Under the pieces are notes generated by a model, which did not search any database, was not told the origin of the DNA, and saw only the letters and a program-made list of their open reading frames with translations. The position numbers were made by a program, and so were the translations under genes. Of a DNA stretch of 32,749 bases, positions 1-7,568 are shown in pieces. The DNA comes from an uncultured Leptospirales bacterium (lineage in GTDB: Bacteria > Spirochaetota > UBA4802 > UBA5550): positions 1 through 32,749 of the forward strand of contig CAYTLM010000002.1 of assembly GCA_964438485.1 (NCBI GenBank), given 5' to 3'. How positions within the stretch are numbered: position 1 is the first letter of the stretch; each line of letters opens with the position of its first letter.

Positions 1-71
1 ATTAACTTTTTTTATAGTTTTTTACTTAATTTATACCGCATTAGTATTAAAAAAGGTTCAATATTAACAGG

Positions 72-110
72 AATTTATTTATCCCCCTCTGGGGGAAGTC
101 GAAATAAATT
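72..110. repeat. Nested palindrome: AATTTATTT (72-80) / AAATAAATT (102-110) enclosing CCCCC-TCT-GGGGG (83-95)
   Basis: Read directly from the sequence; perfect 9-bp and 5-bp inverted repeats. Confidence 0.6.
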
Positions 111-180
111 TATTTAGCATGTCAGGTTAATCGACTGGGGGTCGAAAGAAAAAATGTGGGAAGAAGTGAGCTCATTGAGG

Positions 181-416
181 AGAGGGAGGTTAGGAGGGTG
201 AGGTCTTAGGGAATGGGGTCTTAGGGGTCAGAGCACCATCCGCCTTCTTCTCGATACAGCTCTGCGAGCCACTCGAAGTCCGGCGAAAACGGTTACCGAG
301 TGCCGACAAAGTCGGTGTATCGAGGTAACCAGGGGTCAGAGCACCCATTCCTAACGGTTACCGAGTGCCGGCGAAGTCGGTGTATCGAGGTAACCCTAAG
401 GTCGCTAACCCCTCCG
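181..416. repeat. GC-rich mosaic repeat cluster A (BIME/MITE-like)
   Basis: GC-rich island in an AT-rich intergenic region. It is built from modules that recur at 961-1066 and 1322-1397. GGAGGG..CTTAGGG (193-211) is the reverse complement of CCCTAAG..CCCTCC (394-415). Confidence 0.7.
291..395. repeat. Two direct copies of a 40-nt hairpin unit GGTTACCGAGTGCCGRCRAAGTCGGTGTATCGAGGTAACC (291-330, 356-395)
   Basis: The copies differ at 2 positions. Each folds as GGTTACC/GGTAACC plus CCGRC/GTCGG. They are separated by module AGGGGTCAGAGCACCCATTCCTAA (331-354). Confidence 0.8.
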
Positions 417-655
417 GCAAAATTAATTTATTCTTTAAAAAGAACTGGTTGATTTTTTTGTATTTTTAATATTTTAAGGAGAAAAAATTAATTTTATTAA
501 AAATAAGAAAATTTATTAATACTTGACAATGACTATTTTTATATCGATATGTTTTGTATCATATTTTTATTTAAATTCATGTTATATGCACTAATCTTTG
601 ATTATTATAGAAACAAAGTTTTTTAATGATATATATTATACGAGGCTGATAAAAA

Positions 656-874
656 ATGAATGCTTTAAGGATTAATGGCTATATAGGGAAAGACGGTTTA
701 AAAATCGGTATTAATAAACTCAAAATGTTTAAAAACAAAAGAGTCGAAATAATAATACTTCCTAAAGATGAAAAAACTCACAAAACTGATAAGACAAATT
801 TTTTTGAAGCTGTTGGTAAAGTTGATATTGATATAGATGAGATCAATTCTTTACGTGAACTCAGCAGAATTTAA
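656..874 (+). CDS. Small antitoxin-like protein (VapB/AbrB-like size and position), 72 aa
   Basis: Antitoxin-sized ORF immediately upstream of a PIN-toxin N-terminal remnant. The family assignment is by context only. Confidence 0.45.
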   Translation: MNALRINGYIGKDGLKIGINKLKMFKNKRVEIIILPKDEKTHKTDKTNFFEAVGKVDIDIDEINSLRELSRI

Positions 875-887
875 AGGCTATTGAATA

Positions 888-1034
888 TTGGAAAAAGAAA
901 AAAAACTACTTTTAGCAGATTCAAATATAATAATTGATTTTTGGAAATTGACAATGAAGTCACCTTCTTCTCGATACAGCTCTGCTGGACTCAAAGTCCG
1001 GCGAAAAATTAGGGGTCAGAGCATCCATTCCTAA
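888..1034 (+). pseudogene. Truncated PIN-domain (VapC-like) toxin: only about 24 N-terminal codons remain before the frame runs into repeat sequence
   Basis: TTG at 888 gives LEKEKKLLLADSNIIIDFWK, the canonical LLxDxNIIIDF start of PIN toxins including the first catalytic Asp. From about 961 the frame reads through repeat modules and stops at 1032-1034. Confidence 0.55.
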
Positions 1035-1066
1035 CGGTTACCGAGTGCCGACGAAGTCGGTGTCAC
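961..1066. repeat. GC-rich mosaic repeat cluster B (same modules as cluster A in a different arrangement)
   Basis: CCTTCTTCTCGATACAGCTCTGC occurs at 963-985 and 243-265. AGGGGTCAGAGCATCCATTCCTAA at 1011-1034 matches 331-354. CGGTTACCGAGTGCCGACGAAGTCGGTGT at 1035-1063 matches 290-318 and 355-383. Confidence 0.75.
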
Positions 1067-1094
1067 CTCAAAGACCCCTCCCCGGCTCTGCCGT

Positions 1095-1232
1095 GCCCTC
1101 ATTCGACGCTTTTTGCAACATCCTGTTGCGCGTCGAAACACACACATCCTGTGTGTAGCCCACAGTGGAGGCCAGCCGTTTTTGTACATCCTGTACAGGA
1201 CTGGCACGCTGTCATCGTGACAGCAGAGGGCT
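1095..1232 (-). ncRNA. Candidate CsrA/RsmA-titrating sRNA core (CsrB/Rsm-like): closing stem plus four hairpins, three carrying ACAGGAUGU
   Basis: Minus-strand hairpins at 1136-1103, 1156-1140 and 1205-1171 have GGA in the apical loop and ACA/UGU closing pairs, while the rest of each stem is unrelated. A fourth hairpin lies at 1224-1208. The closing stem is GCCCTC/GAGGGC (1095-1100 / 1227-1232). The strand call rests on GGA versus UCC loops and on a minus-strand promoter-like site. Confidence 0.45.
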
Positions 1233-1257
1233 GTGAATCATAAAAATCTCAGGTTTT

Positions 1258-1286
1258 ATATTAAACTTTCAGATCCATAAAATCAA
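1258..1286 (-). promoter_or_regulatory. Sigma70-like promoter candidate for the minus-strand hairpin element
   Basis: On the minus strand: TTGATT (1286-1281), 17-nt spacer, TAATAT (1263-1258). This sits just upstream of the structured core. Confidence 0.3.
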
Positions 1287-1321
1287 TAATTCAATACTTA
1301 CAAAAAATTCATGCCACAATT

Positions 1322-1397
1322 CCCTCTTCTCCATGTGGGGAAGAGGGTTAGGGAGATGGGGTCAGAAGAAGGCTATATTAAGGGGTCAGAGCCCCCC
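1322..1397. repeat. GC-rich mosaic repeat cluster C (partial)
   Basis: CCCTCTTC..GAAGAGGG hairpin, a G-rich module GAGGGTTAGGGAGATGGGGTCA resembling 184-230, and AGGGGTCAGAGC (1381-1392). AGAAGAAGG (1365-1373) is the reverse complement of CCTTCTTCT (963-971). Confidence 0.6.
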
Positions 1398-1496
1398 ATT
1401 AAAAATATAAAACTGAAATCAACAAAAATATATAAATTAATTGTCAACAATTAGCCTTATTCTATTATTGTCCCCTATACTGAAAAAATATTATTA

Positions 1497-1504
1497 TGTA
1501 TAAT
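1497..1504 (+). promoter_or_regulatory. Extended -10 promoter element TGTATAAT upstream of the patatin-like gene
   Basis: Perfect TGnTATAAT about 70 nt upstream of the ATG at 1574. Confidence 0.4.
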
Positions 1505-1573
1505 GTTAATATATGCTTTAAAAACCAGATATACCTGATATAAGTTAAAAATTCATTAAAATGGAGAGATACT

Positions 1574-2416
1574 ATGAAAAATATAAAATCAGTTATTTTT
1601 GCCGGAGGCGGATGCAGATGTTTATGGCAGGCTGGATTTTGGGATACTGTAATTCCTGCATTAAATATCAAACCTGAAATTGTGGCAGGAGTTAGTGCTG
1701 GTGGTGCAATGGCAGTTATGGCTACCAGCGGAAGAAGTAAAGCAGGGCTTGAATCGATGAAAGCAGCTACAGCTGCAAATAAAAAAAATTTTTATATAGA
1801 GAACATGTTTACAAAGAAAAAAGTTTTCCCTCATTATGATATATACAGAAACGCTATAATAGATATAATTGATGAAAAAACTTTTGAGAAAATAAAAAAA
1901 GGTCCTGAGATAAGGGTACTTGTTGCACATCCGCCTTTTTACCTTGGACCACGAAGCGGAACATTTACAGGTCTAATGTCTTATGTAGTTGAAAAAGCAA
2001 TCAAACAGCCGGTACACCCTGCTTTTGCCGGGAAACTGGGCTTTAAATCAACTGTAGTAAAGCTAAATGACTGCAGTAATGCAGAGGAAATAGCATATGC
2101 TATTTTATGCTCATCCTGCACTCCCCCATTTGTCCCAATAATGAAGCTTGGAGAAAAAACCGCCCTGGATGGAGGAATAATAGACAATGTGCCAGTTAAG
2201 GCAATAGGGGAAGATGAAAGCAGAGGCGACATGCTTATACTTATGTCAAAAACATATAAAAAGGGCAGAATCCCTGATATTCCTGGAAGAATTTATGTTG
2301 AACCATCAAAAACACCGGATGTATTCAAATGGGACTATACCAGCCCTGAAAAACTTCAGGAAGCATACGATGATGGCTGCAGAGACGGAGAGCTGTTTAT
2401 AAAACATAACAGGTAA
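1574..2416 (+). CDS. Patatin-like phospholipase
   Basis: GGGCRC oxyanion motif, GVSAG nucleophile elbow (GxSxG), and the DGG catalytic Asp motif (LDGGIIDNVP). Confidence 0.85.
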   Translation: MKNIKSVIFAGGGCRCLWQAGFWDTVIPALNIKPEIVAGVSAGGAMAVMATSGRSKAGLESMKAATAANKKNFYIENMFTKKKVFPHYDIYRNAIIDIIDEKTFEKIKKGPEIRVLVAHPPFYLGPRSGTFTGLMSYVVEKAIKQPVHPAFAGKLGFKSTVVKLNDCSNAEEIAYAILCSSCTPPFVPIMKLGEKTALDGGIIDNVPVKAIGEDESRGDMLILMSKTYKKGRIPDIPGRIYVEPSKTPDVFKWDYTSPEKLQEAYDDGCRDGELFIKHNR

Positions 2417-2422
2417 AAAAAT

Positions 2423-2448
2423 AAATGGCATAGTTTATTGTGCCATTT
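2423..2448 (-). terminator. Hairpin AAATGGCA/TGCCATTT between convergent genes; a T-run follows on the minus strand
   Basis: 8-bp stem with a 10-nt loop. The minus-strand reading is followed by ATTTTTTT. Confidence 0.5.
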
Positions 2449-2455
2449 AATAAAA

Positions 2456-3199
2456 TCAGTTCCCGTATTTTTTTCTTATTTCAATTAATTCTTCAATATT
2501 ATCTGTGATAATTCCGGTAGCACAGGGGCTTAAAAGTTTATACTCTTCCTCTGTATTTAAAGTCCAGAAAATAACCTGAGCCTTTATCATTCTTAAAAAA
2601 AGAACAATTATTCTGGATAAAAATCCGGGAATATTGTGAAACATCTCTACCGGAATATTCAAAAAATCGGGTTTAAACTTTCTAATATCAAGTAATGTCT
2701 TTACTAAACCTTTTTTTAAATCTTCACTTCCAAAAAGCATTCCTGTCATATATCCGGAATTTTTATAATCAGGGAGAAGATCGTGCCTGAAAGATGAAAT
2801 AATAATATTTCTCTTTGACCCTGCACGTTCAAGCCTGTTGATAATTTCCGGCGCATCCTCCGGTGTTATAGTTTCATCTTTCAGCTCAATATTTAGAATC
2901 TTGTTACGAGGCATCACCTCCAGGAAAACATCAAAATCAGGAACATTTTCTCCTGAGCCAAGATCAAGCTTTTTTATGTCATCCATACTCATCTTCCTGA
3001 TATCCCTGTCAAGCCCTATCAGCCTTAACATATCAATATCATGAATAATAAGAAAAAAACCTTCATCAGTTTTTTGCACATCACACTCAATCCCATCTGC
3101 ACCAGCATTAAAAGCTTTTTCAAAGGCAAGGAAGGTGTTTTCCGGATACCGACTGCTATATCCCCTGTGACCAAGTATAAAAATTTCTTTTTGCTTCAT
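2456..3199 (-). CDS. Glycerophosphodiester phosphodiesterase (GDPD family)
   Basis: ILGHRGYSSRYPENTFLAFEKAFNAGADGIECDVQ signature. Start moved to MKQKEIF (3199) because the longer ORF overlaps the upstream gene; 3217 is an alternative start. Confidence 0.8.
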   Translation of the reverse strand: MKQKEIFILGHRGYSSRYPENTFLAFEKAFNAGADGIECDVQKTDEGFFLIIHDIDMLRLIGLDRDIRKMSMDDIKKLDLGSGENVPDFDVFLEVMPRNKILNIELKDETITPEDAPEIINRLERAGSKRNIIISSFRHDLLPDYKNSGYMTGMLFGSEDLKKGLVKTLLDIRKFKPDFLNIPVEMFHNIPGFLSRIIVLFLRMIKAQVIFWTLNTEEEYKLLSPCATGIITDNIEELIEIRKKYGN

Positions 3200-3230
3200 C
3201 CACTTGTTCCCATTCATATTAAAAGTCTGT

Positions 3231-3947
3231 TTATTTGTGGCAGATGTAAATTGCAGCAGCACCTAAAGTTTTTGCCTTATACTCTACTTTTTTAAATCCG
3301 GCACTCCTTATCCTGTTTATCAGTTGATCTTTATCAAGGAAAGTTGAAATACTCCCTGCAAGATACCTGTAGGCTTCTTTTTTACCGGAAAATAATCCCC
3401 CGAAAAAGGGAAGAATTTTTTCAAGGTAAAGATTATAGAAAAATCTTACAACTCCATTCTCTGGTCTGGTAAGCTCGAGAATAAACAGGCTCCCCTCTAC
3501 ATCAAGAACACGAAATGTTTCTGATAAAAAAATATCCACATCAGGAATATTTCTTATTCCAAATGCTATTGTTATCACATCAAAGCTCTTTTCTATAAAA
3601 GGGAGTTTACCAGCATCTGCCTGTATATTGCTCCCTGAAAGCCATCCCTTATCAACACCCTTTTTTAGCATGTTAAAAGAAAAATCAAGGGAGTAAACCT
3701 GGCCACCTGCTAAAAAAAGCTTCCGGGTTAAATCCCCTGTGCCACAGCATATATCGAGAACTTTTTTATTTTCAAGCTTACCTGCAAGCTTTACCAAATC
3801 CTTTCTCCAGAAATTATCTATTCCTAAAGAAAGAAACCTGTTTAAAAAATCATAGGTTGGTACAATTGAATCAAACATTGTGCGCACATAGCGTTTTTTA
3901 TCACCTGGGTCACTATTGTTCACTTCATAGTTAGAGTAATCTTTCAT
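3231..3947 (-). CDS. ubiE: Demethylmenaquinone/ubiquinone C-methyltransferase (UbiE/MenG family)
   Basis: MFDSIVPTYDFLNRFLSLGIDNFWRK N-terminal signature and the SAM-binding motif VLDICCGTGD. Confidence 0.85.
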   Translation of the reverse strand: MKDYSNYEVNNSDPGDKKRYVRTMFDSIVPTYDFLNRFLSLGIDNFWRKDLVKLAGKLENKKVLDICCGTGDLTRKLFLAGGQVYSLDFSFNMLKKGVDKGWLSGSNIQADAGKLPFIEKSFDVITIAFGIRNIPDVDIFLSETFRVLDVEGSLFILELTRPENGVVRFFYNLYLEKILPFFGGLFSGKKEAYRYLAGSISTFLDKDQLINRIRSAGFKKVEYKAKTLGAAAIYICHK

Positions 3948-4081
3948 CTAAAATTCCCATAGTTCATATTAAAGAAATTCATAAAAATAAAGCCTATTAT
4001 TGCAAGATATTTATTTATTCAAAAAACCTTTGCGCAATAATAAGCCTGAAAAATTAATTCTCCTTTATTAAGGAATTAATA

Positions 4082-4111
4082 TTGACATTAATAATCACTA
4101 TGTCATATTAA
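4082..4111 (+). promoter_or_regulatory. Sigma70-like promoter candidate (TTGACA, 18 nt, TATTAA)
   Basis: TTGACA at 4082-4087 and TATTAA at 4106-4111, upstream of the small ORF at 4195. Confidence 0.3.
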
Positions 4112-4194
4112 ACTTATAAAGAAATTATTCCTGCTTTATGATATATGGAATAATTTAAAAAAAAATAAAAATCCCTGTAAAAAAGGAGAGCATA

Positions 4195-4374
4195 ATGGAT
4201 TTAGCTATCATTAATTTTATTAGGGAATATCAACAGCTGGTTTACAATACAATTGTTATTGCAGCAATTATTATCGGCTTTATATGTATTTCTGGAGCGA
4301 TAAGATTTGGAATTGCAATAAATAGAAGAAAAAAGGGAATTTATCCCCCTGCAACCAGTCAAATGGATCATTGA
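4195..4374 (+). CDS. Small membrane protein (59 aa, one hydrophobic helix), not in the supplied ORF track
   Basis: AAGGAG lies 7 nt upstream of the ATG. It contains the hydrophobic segment IVIAAIIIGFICISGAI. Its TGA overlaps the TTG start of the next gene (TTGA, 4371-4374). Confidence 0.45.
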   Translation: MDLAIINFIREYQQLVYNTIVIAAIIIGFICISGAIRFGIAINRRKKGIYPPATSQMDH

Positions 4375-5171
4375 TATTCAAATTATTAAGAACAGGTAAC
4401 ATTTTATTGAAATTCTTTAATTATTTGCTGCCGGTAATAATTATTCCCTTATCGGCAATAATTTTGCATTCAGATGAAACAGGAATCTACCAGATTCCTG
4501 TTTTTGATTATGTAACAGGACGTTTTGACCCATCTGCCCATAATGCTTTTGTGAATTTAAGCAATACAGCCATACCTGCAGCTCGCAAAAATATTTACCT
4601 TCGAAAAGAAGCAGTGGAAGCCTTTGAAAAAATGCTTGCTGATTTCAACAAAGACCACCCTGATATTAAAATCTGGATTCAAAGCGGTACAAGAAATTTT
4701 GCAGCTCAAAAGAGTATATGGGACAGAAAATGGACTGGCCAGCTAAGAACCACAGGAACATCTGATATAACCAGAATAAAAGACCCTGTTAAAAAAGCAG
4801 AGCTAATTCTCCGATATTCATCCATGCCTGGAACATCCAGACACCACTGGGGAACAGACTTTGACATAAACCAGCTCAACAACAGCTATTATAGCAAAGG
4901 CGAAGGTGCTATAATTTACAAATGGTTTACATTAAACGCTCATAAATACGGATTTGGCAACCCCTATACAGCAGGCAGGGGATCTGGTTATGAGGAGGAA
5001 AAGTGGCACTGGTCATATCTCCCTCTTTCAAAAATATTTCTCAATGACTGGAATACTCTTTACAGGGATAAGCCTGAAGCATTTAAGACAACAAATCTTT
5101 TCCAGGGATCAGAGGAATCAATACATCTGGCTCCTGTTTACGTAAATTCTATAAATGAGGAATGTAAATAA
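4371..5171 (+). CDS. M15-family (VanY-like) D-Ala-D-Ala carboxypeptidase/peptidoglycan peptidase with an N-terminal membrane anchor
   Basis: SGTRNFAAQ, SRHHWGTDFDI and EKWHWSY motifs (LAS-type Zn ligands). TTG start. Confidence 0.75.
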   Translation: MIFKLLRTGNILLKFFNYLLPVIIIPLSAIILHSDETGIYQIPVFDYVTGRFDPSAHNAFVNLSNTAIPAARKNIYLRKEAVEAFEKMLADFNKDHPDIKIWIQSGTRNFAAQKSIWDRKWTGQLRTTGTSDITRIKDPVKKAELILRYSSMPGTSRHHWGTDFDINQLNNSYYSKGEGAIIYKWFTLNAHKYGFGNPYTAGRGSGYEEEKWHWSYLPLSKIFLNDWNTLYRDKPEAFKTTNLFQGSEESIHLAPVYVNSINEECK

Positions 5172-5287
5172 TGCTTGAAATATTCAGCACTGCCTATACC
5201 TATTACAGAAATATAAAATCAGACCAAATAAAATTATAGGCATTTAAAATCTGGTCTTAAAAAAATAATAATTCAAACGAGGCAAAA

Positions 5288-5848
5288 ATGAAAGAGTTCA
5301 CAAGATGCAAAGCGTGCAATTATATAATACAAAAAGACAAGCTAAAAGACGTATGTCCAGCCTGTGGTGTTCCAAAAAAATTTTTTGAGGACTATAAATA
5401 CAATATTTCTAAAAAAAGATACCTCATAATGATGGAGCTCGATTTACACCCGATTCTTCTTCATTTTCCCCAGGCTATTTCAGTATTTATTCCTTTTTTC
5501 ATAATTCTATCAGTAATTCTTGATGCAGGCATGGGTATAAAACTTCTCAATGGTGCTGAGATCATGGCGTATCTTTTTCCACTAACTGTTGTGGCAGCTT
5601 ATGTTTCAGGTCTATTTGATGCAAAAACCCGGTTTAAAAAACTTTCTCCACCTGCGCTTAAAGCAAAAATTGCAATTGGTGCAATACTTTTAGCAATTTC
5701 TATAATTATTCCACTTCTTGTTTTCTTTATGGGAATTAAAGAAGTTGCAATTTATATATCAATTCTTTCAATTATAGCTTTAGCTATCCAGATTATTCTG
5801 GCTCGCATAGGAATTAAATTGATGTTTGCTTATCTGCCTGGTAATTAA
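5288..5848 (+). CDS. Zinc-ribbon (CxxC..CxxC) N-terminal domain fused to a DUF2231-like multi-pass membrane domain
   Basis: CKACNY..CPACGVPKKFFE rubredoxin-like ribbon followed by about four hydrophobic helices. Confidence 0.6.
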   Translation: MKEFTRCKACNYIIQKDKLKDVCPACGVPKKFFEDYKYNISKKRYLIMMELDLHPILLHFPQAISVFIPFFIILSVILDAGMGIKLLNGAEIMAYLFPLTVVAAYVSGLFDAKTRFKKLSPPALKAKIAIGAILLAISIIIPLLVFFMGIKEVAIYISILSIIALAIQIILARIGIKLMFAYLPGN

Positions 5849-5898
5849 GACTATAGGCTGGAATTAATTAAAATATAGATGTTGTTCCTAATCCGGAA

Positions 5899-6087
5899 TT
5901 AATCATTCCGGATTTCATCTGTTTTAGTTGCTTCATCTGTTTCATTTATTTCAGTTGCTTCATTTTCATCTTCGGATTCAGTCTTATCTGCTATCTGACC
6001 AAGCTTCCGAAGCCTTTTCTCTTCCTTTTTTTTCTTTTTTGCCAGATCTCTCTGACGCTTTTCATAAGCATAATTGTTTCTTGCCAA
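5899..6087 (-). CDS. Small charged protein (basic N-half, acidic C-half), 62 aa
   Basis: TTG start with AAGGA 7 nt upstream. Sequence begins MARNNYAYEKRQRDLAKKKKKEEK. No function recognised. Confidence 0.4.
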   Translation of the reverse strand: MARNNYAYEKRQRDLAKKKKKEEKRLRKLGQIADKTESEDENEATEINETDEATKTDEIRND

Positions 6088-6218
6088 ATTAACATCCTTT
6101 TACTCTCTATTTACAAATACTATTCAGGAACAGATATTTGTTTACTATAATACCTTATCTGGCAAGATTTGTCCATAACTTAAACTAAAAGAAAACGATA
6201 TGTTCCAGATTTAATTTT

Positions 6219-7568
6219 TCACCAATTAATTTCAAACCACCTTCTCCTGTTGTATCTTCTAAACACAAAAAAAGCATATGCTAAAATCGATGCATTCATA
6301 GACCACCATATTCCAGGTGCTCCAATCCCCATAACAATACCAAGCAGAAAACAGAGTGGAATTCTTATAAACCAGGAGCTAAGTACAACAATAAGCATAA
6401 CACCCCTTGTGTCCCCTGCTCCATTTAAAGCTCCTCCTAAAGTAAGAGCCACAGCCAAAAATGGCTCACTTATCATACTTATGCGAATATAGCGCACGCT
6501 TTCTCTTATTACAATTTCATCAGAAGAAACCAGTGTTGCAATAAACCCTGCATTTAAAACGATCACTAAAGTTATTGCTGTAATAATAATTACGCCAAGT
6601 GCCATTGTTATTAATCCAGCCCTGTAAGCATGATCATATTTTTTTTCACCCATAAGGTTACCAACTATTACTGCATTAGCCATGTTAAGTGCAATAGCAG
6701 GTAAAAATATAGCTGATTCTATACGGCCCCCATTTGTAAAAGCTGCAATTATTTCAACATTATTTTCAGGTAGTGCACTCAGTATAAGAAAAAGCACTGT
6801 TCCACCAATCTGCCATGAAATCTGCTGAAGCCCTGTAGGCCATCCAATTTTAAACAATATCCCAAGCAAGGACTTAATAAAGCTTCCGGTTTCCTTTATA
6901 AATTTCTTAACATGTAGAAAATTTATTGTACTCCCTATAAATACACTTACAACTGTTGAAAGAGCTATACCGTAATAAGAAACAGGAGTATAGAAAACAA
7001 AATAAAAGTTTAAAACAACATTCATTAAGCAGACAATCCCCATTGTTATAAGGGATTTTTTAACTCCCTTTGTAGCGCGAAGAATACCATTGCTGCTTAT
7101 AAGAAAATAATGAAAAATTAAACCAACTGCATAAATCCTAATCAGGGGAATTGCTATTTTCTTAATCTCATCTGGAACATTCATTATATTAACAACAGGT
7201 CCTGTTGTTACAAGTCCGGCTACTCCAAAAAATACGCCAGCAACTGCAGCAGATACAATAGATGTAAAAACAGAATCTGAAACACCCTTGGTGTCCCCGG
7301 AAGCAAAGATCCTTGATATTGTTGCAACAATCCCGGTTGTTAATGAATTAGCTACAACAACAAATATAAAATATATCTGCATGGAAAACCCAACAGCAGC
7401 CTGATATTCTCTGCCAAGCTTACCTGCAATAAATACATCTGTAAGGCTGATTAAAAATTCAAATCCCATTATTAAGATCATGGGCCAGGCCATGCTCCAG
7501 CTTAATGCTGCAAGATTTCTGTATTCATCACTCTTAATATAACCAATCAAAGCCTTTATATTTTTCAA
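6219..7568 (-). CDS. MATE family efflux transporter
   Basis: About 12 hydrophobic helices and typical MATE length and sequence pattern. TTG start. Confidence 0.85.
   Translation of the reverse strand: MKNIKALIGYIKSDEYRNLAALSWSMAWPMILIMGFEFLISLTDVFIAGKLGREYQAAVGFSMQIYFIFVVVANSLTTGIVATISRIFASGDTKGVSDSVFTSIVSAAVAGVFFGVAGLVTTGPVVNIMNVPDEIKKIAIPLIRIYAVGLIFHYFLISSNGILRATKGVKKSLITMGIVCLMNVVLNFYFVFYTPVSYYGIALSTVVSVFIGSTINFLHVKKFIKETGSFIKSLLGILFKIGWPTGLQQISWQIGGTVLFLILSALPENNVEIIAAFTNGGRIESAIFLPAIALNMANAVIVGNLMGEKKYDHAYRAGLITMALGVIIITAITLVIVLNAGFIATLVSSDEIVIRESVRYIRISMISEPFLAVALTLGGALNGAGDTRGVMLIVVLSSWFIRIPLCFLLGIVMGIGAPGIWWSMNASILAYAFFVFRRYNRRRWFEINW

Noticed and set aside
95-150. GGGGGAAGTCGAAAT / GACTGGGGGTCGAAAG looked vaguely like a tmRNA 5' end or an SRP RNA (GTCAGGT).
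   Set aside because: There is no tRNA-like 3' end (T-arm/CCA), no tag reading frame, and no SRP domain IV motif.
266-290. GAAGTCCGGCG resembles the RNase P RNA conserved GGAAAGUCCGG core.
   Set aside because: The motif occurs twice (also at 994-1003) within repeat modules. None of the other RNase P conserved regions or helices are present.
181-1397. Possible CRISPR array, because short GC-rich sequences recur.
   Set aside because: The repeats are of different kinds, are not regularly spaced, have no uniform repeat/spacer periodicity, and occur in shuffled order. No cas genes lie in the window.
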